DNA of 64,000 nt from Octopus sinensis (taxonomy: Eukaryota). A program made the translations under genes and the position numbers. This document shows, piece after piece, positions 43,001-51,472 of this stretch. Every line of letters starts with the position of its first letter. The stretch's first letter is position 1. Under the pieces are notes generated by a model. The model saw only the letters and a list, made by a program, of their open reading frames with translations. It did not search any database and was not told the DNA's origin. Where the stretch lies: positions 3,472,001-3,536,000 of the forward strand of contig NC_043020.1 in the NCBI RefSeq assembly GCF_006345805.1. The letters are read 5' to 3'.

Positions 43001-46000
43001 TCAGAAACCTGACTAGCTTCTCATTTACCTAATTTCCCATAAAACAGACAGACGCTAAGGTATTGACTATTGAAAGCACCAGACAGTTTAAGAAACCTGT
43101 TTTATTTACAAATACAGTAGACAAAACACAGTTGCAAAGCCCAGTCACTGCCATCGTCCTTTCTCCCTTTCCACAATATACACTTCATCATTATTGACCA
43201 ACAGATAGTCCTATTATGTAAGTGTTTTACCTTCACCTATTGCTATGTCACTTAAATTCACTTGCACTGCTAGTGTCCTTAGCAAAACCGCATGGATATC
43301 ACAACTTCTGTCAAGTTACTAAGGCAATTCAGCAAAATGTACATATATATATATCAGTCATTATTTGTCATTATTGTTGTTGTTGTTGTGGCAAGCTGGC
43401 AGAATTGTTAGCTTGCTGGGCAAAATGTGTGGTGGCAATTCCATTGTGTGACAGTTTGGACAGGTATTTTCCAGCTTAACTTTGGTTTCACCATTAAGTC
43501 GTGAGTGGAATTTGGTTGGCAAAAATTCTTCACAAGATGCTGCTGTTGTTTGTTTGTTTGTGTGCATTTTGTTGATTTACATCAGTGAAGGAATAAATAT
43601 TAACTAGCAAAAACAAAAAAAAAACCCGAAAACCAGTACATATTGAATGAAGTCCTTTTTGATATTTGTTTTGCTGCAAATTACAGACACTTCCTTGTTA
43701 TTCCTGCTGTCATAAATGCAGTGGATCAGACATTGCCCTTAATCAAAGATGCTATTCTCTTGTGTCTGGAGAGAGTCATTCTCTTTTGGTACCTTATAAT
43801 TTAACACACCAGTAAAATTTCCACTTATTTCTTTTTTTATTTTTCTAAAATTTTCATTGTGTCTTGCAACCTTTTCAATAGTTTTGACTCTCCCCAGACA
43901 ACAGAATATGCTTCAACACACGAAGTCAGATAAAGAATCTTGAAAACCATATCCAAAAACGAAATAAAAAAAGATTCTATTGTTCTCTAGTTGCCATAAA
44001 TAAGCAACGTCACCAGAGATGACAAACTTTAACAAATTCCGAAATAAAAATTAAATACCCCCCCCCCACATAATATCAAAACATTTTGTTAAATTCATTG
44101 AATTTTATTTTTTACAGAACACATATCAACAATGCTACAAACAATCTCAGTTCCAGTGCCAAATCTTCTGGGGTCAATAAAAAACCTGCGACACCAAAGA
44201 ACAGAAATGCTGTGATTAAATGGTTTAAGGAAGAAGAACGGCCCAAAGAAGTAGGTTTAAATCCCGAAACGAAGAAAGTAGAAGAATGGTTTCATGGTAA
44301 AGTCATTCTTTACAGAATACATATTTTTTTTTAAAGCTACTGTAGAATATTTCTGCTGTGAAGAATGATTTCTGTTTTGTGATTAGCATGGAAAATCATG
44401 CTCTTAAGAAAAAACAAAACTAAAAACTGGGCTGAAAGGAATCATTCTGAAACAAAATTATTATTATTTATTTTTTGTCTTTGGTCAGTAAGTGTTATCG
44501 CCTATTTGCTTCTATCTAGAAATCAAGGGAAATTTACTACTATTCCCTTCAAACTTTGCTTCTGTGACCTGGACATCAACGTTTTGAAACTGACCAAATT
44601 TTCCTTTACATTTCAAATAGATTCAGAAATATCATTATAGCAAATATTCTACTCAATATCACAGATTTGTTTACCTGTTGCTTGACATTAACCCCTTAAG
44701 CATGTCCCTTAGTGGCTGGCACTATGTGCATCTCTGATCAGGAGCAGAAGTCGGGGTGCATCATAGCCATGTGTTGAGAGGGATTCTTTGGGGTTTGGAT
44801 AAAAGCAAAGTTTGAAGGAAATACTAGGCATTTTTCATATTTTCTAGGGGTAAGCAAAGAGGAAATAACAGTTGCTACCCCAAGGACAAAAATCGTGGGG
44901 TAATAGCTATTGCTGCTGTGTTACCCCAGATTAGTTTGATTGATTAGATCTCTATTTAAAGAAGTTCCACCCATAACCAATGTTTATGTATACCCAGGAC
45001 TGTATTATCCAATGTATATATCCATTTTTGAAGACAGTCAGGTGTGATTTCAAGGCATTTGGTTGTGATTTCTAGCAAAGTGAGTAGTTGCATTCAGCCT
45101 CTCTTGGCTCACTTTGGATTATATTTTACTCAAGCAAGCAGAGTTGTCTCTCTTGCTCTGAGGCCCCAGCAACTGTAATTTGGTTTGGACTCGTGCTCAT
45201 AGGGTTAGTACTACAACTGGGTGTGATGTATGAACTAAATAAATAGGTTATGACTAGCGTTTTATTAAATGGTAACTGTAGTCTTATGTGCAGTGATATT
45301 TATCTATATATCTTCATCATTTAATGTCTGTTTTCCGTGCTGGCACAGTTTGGACTGCTGGACCAGAGTTGGCAGGCAGGAGAGCTGCACCTGATTTCTG
45401 TGCCTGGATGCTGCCCTTCCTGACTCCAACCACTTCACAGAGCATGATGGGTACCAGCACCGGTGCTTTTATGTGGCACTGGCATGGGTGCTATTATGTA
45501 GTGTCAGCATGGTGCCATCATTGAGTTTTTTTTTTTTTACATGGCACCAGCAAGGGGCTCTTACAGGCCAAACCTCTTCAGCAGGTGGGGGCAGCATTAA
45601 CAATTCTGCTGACCTCTGAATTCTTTGTTATATTTAAAATTAATTGAAAGAAACACAGAGCATCCCAAAATAAATACGGTAACAAAAGGGTTAATGACCT
45701 CGAGAAAAGCAGCAAAGGTATAAGGCTTGAATGTCACAAAATATCGTTTCATACTTCTTTAAATTCATGTGTTTTGTGTCTAAATAATTGTAGGTCTCAT
45801 AAGCAGACCTGAAGCCGAGGAAATCCTGGCTGATCGACCCATTGGTAGTTTCCTAGTGCGAGTCAGTGAAAGAATTTGGGGCTATACAGTATCTTATCAG
45901 TCGGAAGAACGTTGCAAACACTTCTTAATTGATGCATCAGATGGCACATACCATTTCTTTGGCTCCAACTATCAACAATTCAGTTCTCTTCAAGAAATCC

Positions 46001-47519
46001 TTAATTATCATATGGTAAGTCTACTGGAGTTACTTCAGTTTTTGTCTGTTTTTGGAGTGGTGTGAAGGGGGAGGTGGGACTATTAGAATTTACAATAATA
46101 ATAATAATAATGGTGGTGGTGGGGGGGGGGAATGATGATAATGAGGATGGTAAGTGATGGTAATAATTATCTGTTTTACTATAGGTGCAAGGCATGAAAC
46201 TATTGGCTAGTCAATTACATTGAACCCAGTGCGTAACTGGTACTTATTTCATCAACCCCAGAAGGATGAAAAGCAAAGCTGACCTTGGTGGAATTTGAAC
46301 TCAGAACATAAGAACAGACAAAATACTGCTAAGCATTTTACCTTGTGTGTCATGATTTAGCCAGCTTGCCACCTCAGTGATGGTAGTTATGATGATGATG
46401 GCAGAGGTAACAATGGTGATGAGGTGGTGTTTGGTTGTCATGGCAATGTTCAGTTTAATATTTACTTCTCCTCTCTGATGAAGTTCCTTGATTCAAATTT
46501 ATATAATTAATTAATTACTTACAATAATAATAATTATTATTATTGTGGTATTTAAATCTGTGAATCAGACTAACAGAAACAGCTGTACATTGAGATTCTG
46601 TCTTTTTGTAATTAATTAATAAATGATAATTGATGTAAATCAATTATTATTCATCAATTGTATCTCCATTTTCTGCTTTCTTTGAATATTGATAAACTTA
46701 AGTTTATTTTTGTCATTACCTATCTTTAATGAGCATTAATGTTCTTCATTAAATATAGATAAAACACCAGTTGATTCACTGGACACAAGTATCCTTTGCA
46801 TATATGTGTGTGTGTGTGTGTGCATATATATAATGTATATATATGGATGTGTTTATATATTTATACACTAATCCCTCGACTATCGCAGGTGTTACATTCC
46901 AAAACCCCTGTGATAGGCGAAAATCCTTGAAGTAGAAACAGTACTGTACTGTATATTTTTTTAATTATTTAAATAAATTGACATAAGCTTTAATAATAAA
47001 CTGCGATAGGCGAACCGCAATATGGCAACGGGTTACTATATATATATATATACTAGCAGTATCGCCCAGCGTTGCTCGGGTTTGTAAGGGAAATAACTAT
47101 ATAAGCATTTTTAGAGATGTAAAGTATAATAGCCATCTCAATATGGCTAACCACAAAGGGGTTGTTACTGTAGCTTTTTATGTTCTGAGAATTAATAATA
47201 CATTTTTAGAGAGTTACTTCCCTTATATAAACCGAGCGAAAATGCATTAAAAATACGGAAAAATTATGGTAAATTTTTTAAAAATCGTAGACTCATCATA
47301 GACGCGCGCTAATACCCAGAAGGGCTCGATATGAATCACGACTATAAAATACCCGGTTTTGGTTAAACTGCACCGCAAAATGTGGGAGTAGTTAGGAATC
47401 TAAATCGTAGGAGACAGACACACAACTTCACTTTTATATATAAAGATATATATATATGCTTGTATATGTGTGTATATATATATATATGATGATAATGATA
47501 TACAATGTACGCATGTATA

Positions 47520-47550
<31 letters not shown>

Positions 47551-47989
47551 GATGATGGTGATGATATTTATTTATGTATATATGTGTAGTATAGATGTGT
47601 ATGTATATATATATATAGACACACATATACATGGTGTGTTTACTTGCTGTGAATCAGCAGTTCTGTGAAAGTTACTAATAGACTAAGTGCCAGGCTTAAC
47701 AAAAAATAAGTGCTGGGCTTGATTCATTCAACTAAATATTCTCCGAGGTGGTGCTCCAGCATGGCCACTGTCTAGTGACAAAAGCAAGTAAAAGATATAT
47801 CACACACACATATATATATATATATATAGTTCAAATTTACAGAAAACAAAAGATGAAGACAGGTGAGGGATCAAGAATCAGGTGTATTAGTTTGACATTT
47901 GGGAAGAATGGAAATCGTTGACATTTCGAGCCTATACTCTTCATCACAAAGGATTGAGAGAGGAAAAAAAAATGTGTAACAATTAAGAG

Positions 47990-48031
<42 letters not shown>

Positions 48032-48662
48032 ACACACACACACACACGCGCGTGCGTAAATATTAGTATAATGTGTAAATATGGTATATATATGTATAAA
48101 TGTAAAAGAAATATAGATACAATTAGGTATATTATTATCTTACAAAGTTTGGTACTTATGCTATCAGTCTGTTTTTTTAAACTGAGGGATGTAAACAAAC
48201 CAACACAGGTTGTCAAGTGGTAGTGGTGGTAGGGGACAAACACAAAGCCATGCATATACTCAGAACCTCCCCCCTCACACACACACACATCAGTCTTTCA
48301 GTTTCTGTCTCTATCAAATTCATTCATAAAGCTTTGGTTGGCCCAGGGCTATAGTAGGAGACACTTGCCCAGAGTACCATGCAGTGAGACTGAACCCAAG
48401 ACCACATGGTTGGAAAACAAGCTTCTTACCCATGCAGCCTTGCGTATGCCTATTAATATGCATATTGATAAAAAACAATTCTAAAAATTTGTTTTTTCGT
48501 AAATTATAATTGTTTTTCTGTATTTTTTTCTTTCGTATTTTTCAGAAAAACGCCATAACCCTCGCCGGTCAAGAAATGTTACTCTTCCCCTGCGGACAGA
48601 AGGGTCACCCCCCAAACTATGCGGAATTATTTTATGACGAAGTAACAGACGCTCTTATGTGA
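701..48662 (+). CDS. SH2D4B: SH2 domain-containing protein 4A/4B-like gene, 5'-partial; join(701-782,35093-35249,35974-36063,39278-39401,39849-40011,41655-41793,44118-44296,45794-46014,48546-48662)
   Basis: Nine exons with compatible phases sum to 1272 nt (423 aa + TGA). Family motifs are EQVRRWK, FLSGKDGNDWVWVMG, a coiled-coil middle, VIKWFKEEE and a C-terminal SH2 domain (WFHGLISRPEAEEIL..GSFLVRVSERIWGYTVSY..CKHFLIDAS..PCGQ). Probably co-orthologous to vertebrate SH2D4A and SH2D4B; the SH2 sequence is closer to 4B as recalled. Confidence 0.93.
2190..2943 (+). mobile_element. Decayed Penelope-like element (RT thumb remnant plus 3' repeat with hammerhead)
   Basis: 2221-2301 translates to HHKHYSIFNRSTLKLSYSSPPDIECIV, matching the IFNRNTxKxSYS block also seen at 52270-52315. 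Hammerhead at 2783; ends in (CA)n. Confidence 0.6.
2783..2858 (+). ncRNA. Type I hammerhead ribozyme motif, complete core, long helix II
   Basis: GTCT-CTGATGA-[helix II 2794-2842]-GAAAC-AGCT-GTA-AGAC. Helix I is GTCT/AGAC and helix III is the palindrome ACAGCTGT. Predicted cleavage is after 2854. Confidence 0.75.
2944..3020. repeat. (CA)n microsatellite
   Basis: Read directly. Other long dinucleotide tracts at about 5858, 9829, 28994, 30600, 47993 and 61826. Confidence 0.95.
3021..5850 (-). mobile_element. Non-coding element with long imperfect inverted ends and a hammerhead (Penelope-related non-autonomous/retrozyme-like)
   Basis: 3113-3225 is the reverse complement of 5596-5715, and 3040-3070 of about 5814-5846. 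It is flanked by (CA)n and (TA)n, has an internal diverged ~290-bp tandem duplication (about 3660-4245) and has no credible ORF. Confidence 0.55.
3216..3267 (-). ncRNA. Type I hammerhead ribozyme motif, complete core
   Basis: Minus strand AACCAC-CTGAAGA-A-TGTC-taagatgtgct-GACA-C-GAAAC-GATC-GTA-GTGGTT. Helix I is 6 bp and helix III is palindromic (ACGATCGT). Predicted cleavage is between 3222 and 3221. Confidence 0.8.
8615..8922 (-). mobile_element. SINE family B
   Basis: Homologous to 27557-27935. Confidence 0.8.
10813..11309. repeat. AT-rich minisatellite, 19-bp unit TATGATTTATAATTATAAT, about 26 copies
   Basis: Read directly; a few units carry 1-nt indels. Confidence 0.95.
11472..11835 (+). 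mobile_element. Two head-to-tail SINE family A copies
   Basis: AAGGTGG..AGCTGG heads at 11472 and about 11700. Confidence 0.75.
13334..13765 (-). mobile_element. RTE-clade LINE 3' fragment
   Basis: ORF reads LYGSETW..KFRWAGHV..DNRWTRAVVEWYPR..PLGRPPRWW; sits between two (TA)n tracts. Confidence 0.85.
13955..14004 (-). ncRNA. Degenerate type I hammerhead motif (G12 to A)
   Basis: Minus strand TGGGTG-CTGATGA-A-GGGA-caaaaac-TCCC-AAAA-TATGGCATA-TA-TGCCCA. All three helices can form; GAAA reads AAAA. Confidence 0.55.
14275..15152 (+). mobile_element. (TA)n-flanked non-coding repeat carrying a hammerhead near its 3' end
   Basis: TA tracts on both sides, with C-rich and CA-rich internal simple sequence. 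Its 3' ~140 nt recurs in reverse at 47829-47955. Confidence 0.45.
15012..15048 (+). ncRNA. Degenerate minimal hammerhead motif (A6 to U)
   Basis: TCTTT-CTGTTGA-A-GAGC-gtag-GCTC-GAAAC-GT-AAAGA. Confidence 0.55.
15730..15976 (+). mobile_element. RTE-like LINE 3' fragment
   Basis: RRVQFAGHCCRAENE..LLLWKP..SYPDVISRDTG..AMMDREVWRNIV. Confidence 0.75.
18845..19127 (-). mobile_element. SINE family C copy
   Basis: Same head and proximal body as 51170-51310. Confidence 0.75.
20300..20660 (-). mobile_element. SINE family B
   Basis: Homologous to 27557-27935. Further partial copies at about 12480, 17664, 25110, 25870, 29110, 31880 and 48150. Confidence 0.8.
21000..21245 (+). mobile_element. Short RTE 3'-end copy with (GAT)n tail
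   Basis: Matches the 3' end of the LINE at 55775-56000. Other copies at about 13075-13280, 22030-22220, 38535-38775 and 54925-55150, with shorter stubs at about 8130, 16960, 31690 and 58281. Confidence 0.8.
26543..26889. mobile_element. RTE 3'-end copy with an inverted 5' segment
   Basis: The tail (26543-26594) is on the minus strand and the adjoining 26595-26889 is on the plus strand. Confidence 0.8.
27557..27935 (-). mobile_element. tRNA-type SINE family B, near full length
   Basis: Head GGCGCAGGAGTGGCCATGTGGTAAG..GGTTCAGTCCC with an internal TG/TA microsatellite. Confidence 0.85.
31235..31490 (-). mobile_element. tRNA-type SINE family D
   Basis: Head GGCACATGGCTTAGTAGTTAG..GAGTTCAATTCCC..GTGTCCTTGGGCAAGACAC. 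Homologues at about 32545-32775 (+) and 53375-53565 (-). Confidence 0.7.
33772..33963 (+). mobile_element. SINE family A copy between (ATT)n tracts
   Basis: Homologous to 36169-36400. Confidence 0.7.
33964..34017. repeat. (TTA)n microsatellite
   Basis: Read directly. Confidence 0.95.
34018..34540. repeat. ~520-bp interspersed repeat between (TTA)n tracts
   Basis: The internal segment at about 34280-34380 recurs inverted at about 44700-44800. Confidence 0.55.
34545..34785 (-). mobile_element. R4/Dong-like non-LTR retrotransposon 3' end, copy 2
   Basis: IVVESLGTVSEGIKRNIKKLGIECPVELLQKVCLLGMARIIRKVL; followed on the minus strand by a (TAA)-like tail. Confidence 0.75.
34800..35068 (-). mobile_element. 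R4/Dong-like (RLE-type) non-LTR retrotransposon 3' end, copy 1
   Basis: DELK*EIHRL*..MIPIVIGALGSINTNLRTWI..DL*KSSLLGTARILCRVLEA*. Confidence 0.8.
35093..35249 (+). CDS. SH2D4B: SH2D4-like exon (GKKKVEFLSGKDGNDWVWVMGQHPEDLTIEDILEHEAKEKATLQAEKEAEEL)
   Basis: ttcAG acceptor, AG|GTAAGT donor, phase 1 to 2; conserved G-x-D-G-x-x-W-V-W-x-M-G. Confidence 0.95.
35974..36063 (+). CDS. SH2D4B: SH2D4-like coiled-coil exon (RIKQELELKKKMEEEKKKLEKERIEREFQL)
   Basis: tttttctgttcAG acceptor, AA|GTAAGT donor, phase 2 to 2. Confidence 0.9.
36169..36400 (+). mobile_element. tRNA-type SINE family A, near full length
   Basis: A-box-like TGGCAGAAACG and B-box-like GAGTTCAAATTCC; many homologues in the window. 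Confidence 0.85.
37880..38200 (-). mobile_element. RTE-like LINE 3' fragment
   Basis: KPTGRRPRGRARMRWLDN motif in ORF 37939-38178. Confidence 0.7.
39278..39401 (+). CDS. SH2D4B: SH2D4-like exon (KRKEDEAALYQSLKEVRLIADTIEQEREKERLGEEDRLKELQ)
   Basis: tctttcttacAG acceptor, CAG|GTGAGT donor, phase 2 to 0. Confidence 0.9.
39849..40011 (+). CDS. SH2D4B: SH2D4-like exon (DQEEKGLQYCRENSLKLKKRRSAELYTSWRKMRNILEKNSTEDNKEIEATWKEQ)
   Basis: tcttAG acceptor, with an alternative in-frame AG 6 nt downstream; AG|GTGAGT donor; phase 0 to 1. Confidence 0.85.
40388..40657. mobile_element. Fold-back/MITE-like element with ~75-bp imperfect inverted arms
   Basis: 40388-40460 versus 40583-40657; a related single arm lies at about 23480-23570. 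Confidence 0.55.
41046..41406 (+). mobile_element. Helentron-associated (HINE-like) non-autonomous element
   Basis: Subterminal inverted repeats AGCTCCGCC..G / CCTTGGCAGAGGT (41371-41383) plus a 3' GCTCTCTGAGT mini-hairpin; located in a (TTA)n run. Confidence 0.55.
41655..41793 (+). CDS. SH2D4B: SH2D4-like exon (EKKSREAEVQLREIVRRAREEHRRSQKSLSKGSSSSLSEDLPPIPPK); 3' end inferred at a GC donor
   Basis: ttttAG acceptor, phase 1; RAREEHRRS matches the family RARDEYR. Phase 2 is required by the next exon and is provided by AA|GCAAGT at 41794. The GT at 41798 is phase 0. Confidence 0.8.
43763..43900. mobile_element. 138-bp MITE-like element
   Basis: 16-bp TIRs TGTCTGGAGAGAGTCA / TGACTCTCCCCAGACA (15/16 match); no TSD resolved. 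Confidence 0.6.
44118..44296 (+). CDS. SH2D4B: SH2D4-like exon (THINNATNN...NAVIKWFKEEERPKEVGLNPETKKVEEWFH)
   Basis: ttttttacAG acceptor, G|GTAAAG donor, phase 2 to 1; ends at the WFHG start of the SH2 domain. Confidence 0.93.
45794..46014 (+). CDS. SH2D4B: SH2D4-like SH2 core exon (GLISRPEAEEILADRPIGSFLVRVSERIWGYTVSYQSEERCKHFLIDASDGTYHFFGSNYQQFSSLQEILNYHM)
   Basis: tgtAG acceptor, ATG|GTAAGT donor, phase 1 to 0; FLVRVS phosphotyrosine-binding motif. Confidence 0.96.
46200..46375 (-). mobile_element. SINE family A copy, antisense
   Basis: Reverse complement of the family A core (GGAATTTGAACTCAGAAC). Confidence 0.75.
46866..47038. mobile_element. Tc1/mariner (pogo/Tigger-like) MITE
   Basis: TA|CACTAATCCCTCGACTATCGC ... 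CCGCAATATGGCAACGGGTTACTA|TA: imperfect TIRs with TA on both sides. Confidence 0.7.
47052..47447 (+). mobile_element. Non-autonomous Helitron/Helentron-like element in a (TA)n tract
   Basis: 5' ACTAGC...CGCCCAGCGTTGCTCGGG hairpin and 3' AGACAGACACAC..TTTTATATATAAAGAT, resembling Lep1/DINE-type ends as recalled. Confidence 0.6.
47915..47952 (-). ncRNA. Degenerate minimal hammerhead motif (C3 to G), same family as 15012-15048
   Basis: Minus strand CCTTT-GTGATGA-A-GAGT-atag-GCTC-GAAAT-GTC-AACGA. The downstream ~90 nt is homologous to 15050-15130. Confidence 0.5.
48546..48662 (+). CDS. SH2D4B: SH2D4-like terminal coding exon (KNAITLAGQEMLLFPCGQKGHPPNYAELFYDEVTDALM*)
   Basis: Long polypyrimidine tract plus ttcAG, phase 0; the PCGQ..PNY.ELF end is typical of the family; TGA at 48660-48662. 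Confidence 0.93.
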   Translation, partial: KNAITLAGQEMLLFPCGQKGHPPNYAELFYDEVTDALM

Positions 48663-49404
48663 AGATGTTCGTTATTAATGCCACCATCACTACTACCATT
48701 GCCATCACTAACAATCAGCTCTAAGCATCATCACCATCACCATCACCTATTACCAATGTTACCATTGTTATCATTGAGCATAGCCATCATCATCATCATC
48801 ATCATCGTCCTTCAAAATAGCTTTGGACGGATGGAATTATAAAAGAAGCTGGATTAACTACTGCTGTTTGTCTTTGTATCTTTGTATTATATTGAGTTCA
48901 AACCAGGATTGACTATTTTTTCTGATGTTTGGAATATAAATACCAGTAATACTTTTGGGTTCATGTAGCAGATTGGTAAACCTTACCGATGTCAGTTTTG
49001 TGTTTGATTTTCTGGGGTCGACGAAATAAAGTACCCGTTAAGTATTGCGATTAATGAAATTGACTGATGTTGTTGATGTTATATTTAAACTGTTGCAAGC
49101 TGTCACCTACAAGAAAGACTTGGTGTGGGAGGAGGTTTCAGGGGGCCAACATTCTAGGGAAGAAGGGTTAGGTGTAGTAGTTAGTGCAGAACTTAAGGTG
49201 GATGCAGGTTGGACACAATATGGGTGACAAGGGACAGCGGTAGTCTAGAGGGCTTGAATGGAAATAGCATGAAACAAGTCTGAGGAACAGAGGCCATTAT
49301 AGTAGTAGTATCAGCTGAGCAGTGGAGATGGTATATAAATGAATAACTTCTCCCACTAAAATTGCTGGCTTTCTGCCAAAAGAAGAAAAAGGATTATTAT
49401 TATT

Positions 49405-50345
49405 AAGGCAGAGAGCTGGTGGAATTGGTAGCATGCCGGGTGAAATACTTTGCAGTACTTTGTCTGTCTGCATGTTCTGAGTTCAAATTTTGCCAGAGTC
49501 AACTTTGCCTTTCATCCTTTCGGGGGTCAATAAATTAAGTACCAGCGAAACACTGGGGTCCATGTAATTAACCAACCCCCTCACCCAAATTTCACACCTT
49601 GTGCCTTTAGTAGAAAGGATTATTATTATTATTATTATTATTAATAATTGCAATAATGATATAATCATAAGAAGGTGAGTTGGCAGAATTGTTAGGATGC
49701 CAAGCAAATTGCTCAGTGGCATTTTGTCCGTTTTTACATTCTGAGTTCAAATTCTGCTGGGGTTGACCTTGCCTTTCATCCTTTGGGGTTGATAAAGTAA
49801 GTACCAGTTGAATACTGGGGTTGATGTAATCGACTATCCCCTTCCCCCAATTTCAGGCCTTGTGCCTATAGTAGAAAGGATTATTATTATTCTTAAGGCA
49901 GCGAGCTGGCAGAATCGTTAGCATGCCGGGCAAAATGCTCAGTAGCATTTTATCTGTCTTTACGTTCTGAGTTCAAATTCTGCCAAGGTTGACTTTGCCT
50001 TTCATCTTTTCAGGGTTGATAAATTAAGCAGCAGTCAAGTACTGGGGTTGATGTTATCGACTTATTCCCTCCCAACAAATTTCAAGCCTTGAGTCTCTAG
50101 TAGAAAGGATTATTATTATTATCATTATTATTATTATTATTATTACCTATTATAACAAGGGTTGTGGATTTGGCAGAATGATTAGTGCTTTAGCTAAAAT
50201 GCCTAGTGGTATTTCTTGTAGTTCTCTATATTTCTGAGTTCAAATCTTGCCAAGGTTAACTTTTCCTTTCAACCCTCTATGGTTGATAAAATAAAGTACC
50301 AGTCAAGTCCTGGAGTCAATATAATCAACTAATTTATTTCCCCTA
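49405..50345 (+). mobile_element. Array of four head-to-tail SINE family A copies separated by (ATT)n
   Basis: Heads at about 49405, 49669, 49895 and 50157; the first three end GAAAGGATTATTATT. Confidence 0.85.
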
Positions 50346-50456
50346 AATTTCTCACACAGACAACAATTATTAGCTCAGCTGGTTTGGCAATTGTGCTGTG
50401 AGTTTGAGTTACTTCCTGGTTAGGTTTCAGTTTAATGTAATAAATAAAATAAGTAA

Positions 50457-50488
<32 letters not shown>

Positions 50489-50714
50489 CATTGTTATTTT
50501 TATTAACATTGGTTCAAATTCCTGAAGGATCACTTTTGTGTTTCATTGTTTTGGGGCCAGTTAAAGGAAACCCAGTCAATTCAAATAACAGTATTTCTCT
50601 CACCAGAACAAAAAAATAAATAAAAAATTTTCTAGTTGGTTCTCAGTAGTTTTGTTTATTGCATGTATTCACTACACAATTGAAGTTTTGGTATGCACAC
50701 ACGCAGAAATACAT

Positions 50715-50746
<32 letters not shown>

Positions 50747-50994
50747 ACACACTTCAGATATTGTAGCTATCTTGATAACTATTCCAATTGATTTTTATCT
50801 ACTTTTCCATGCTCGTATGTGTTGGAAATCATTTTTCAAAATGAAACTTTCTATGCTCTGCTACCCTTCCTGTTTCCAAGTAAGAAATATTTCTCTGTGA
50901 CCGTTTCCATTGAAGATTGGGAATTAAGGACACCACTTGCATCACAGTGACACTAGTTCACAACTATCACATGAATTCAAGGCAAGGAGGTAGT

Positions 50995-51310
50995 CACCCA
51001 TGCATATATATCATGTGACCGACCAGACTATCAGATGTTGCTACACATCGCTGGTCACAATGCGCTTCGCATTGTCTTAGCCTTCAAATGACGCCACCCC
51101 GATGGCTAAGCGAGCAGGCCAACAGAAGAAAGAGTGAGAGAAAGTTGTGGCGAAAGAGTACAGCAGGGATCGCCACCACCCCCTGCTGGAGCCTCATGGA
51201 GCTTTAGGTGTTTTCGCTCAATAAACACTCACAACGCCCGGTCTGGGAATCGAAACCGCGATCCTTCGACCACGAGTCCACTGCCCTAACCACTGGACCA
51301 TTGCGCCTCC
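50995..51310 (-). mobile_element. tRNA-derived SINE family C
   Basis: Head GGCGCAATGGTCCAGTGGTTAGGGCAGTGGACTC..GGTTTCGATTCCCAGACCGGGCG continuing into a non-tRNA body. Confidence 0.8.
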
Positions 51311-51391
51311 ACACACACACACCACACACACACATATATATAAAGAAATTAGAATGACAAAGAAATAAGCAATTATCTTATGGACCGCATT

Positions 51392-51472
51392 AGCTTACAG
51401 TTGTTTCTGCAATAAGATGTAATGCACTCATAGTTGAATGCTTGAGTATTGCTCCATGGCTTCATCAGAGCT
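51392..51472 (-). ncRNA. Type I hammerhead motif, complete core, long asymmetric helix II
   Basis: Minus strand AGCT-CTGATGA-AGCCATGGA-GCAATA-CTCA...TGAG...TATTGC-A-GAAAC-AACT-GTA-AGCT. The GAAAC-ANCT-GTA-AG end is the same as at 2843-2856. Confidence 0.65.

Noticed and set aside
51230-51308. tRNA-like sequence (also heads at about 19050-19127, 27860-27935 and 36170-36260)
   Set aside because: A/B boxes are present, but the acceptor stems are incomplete and the sequences continue into multi-copy SINE bodies; not called as tRNA genes.
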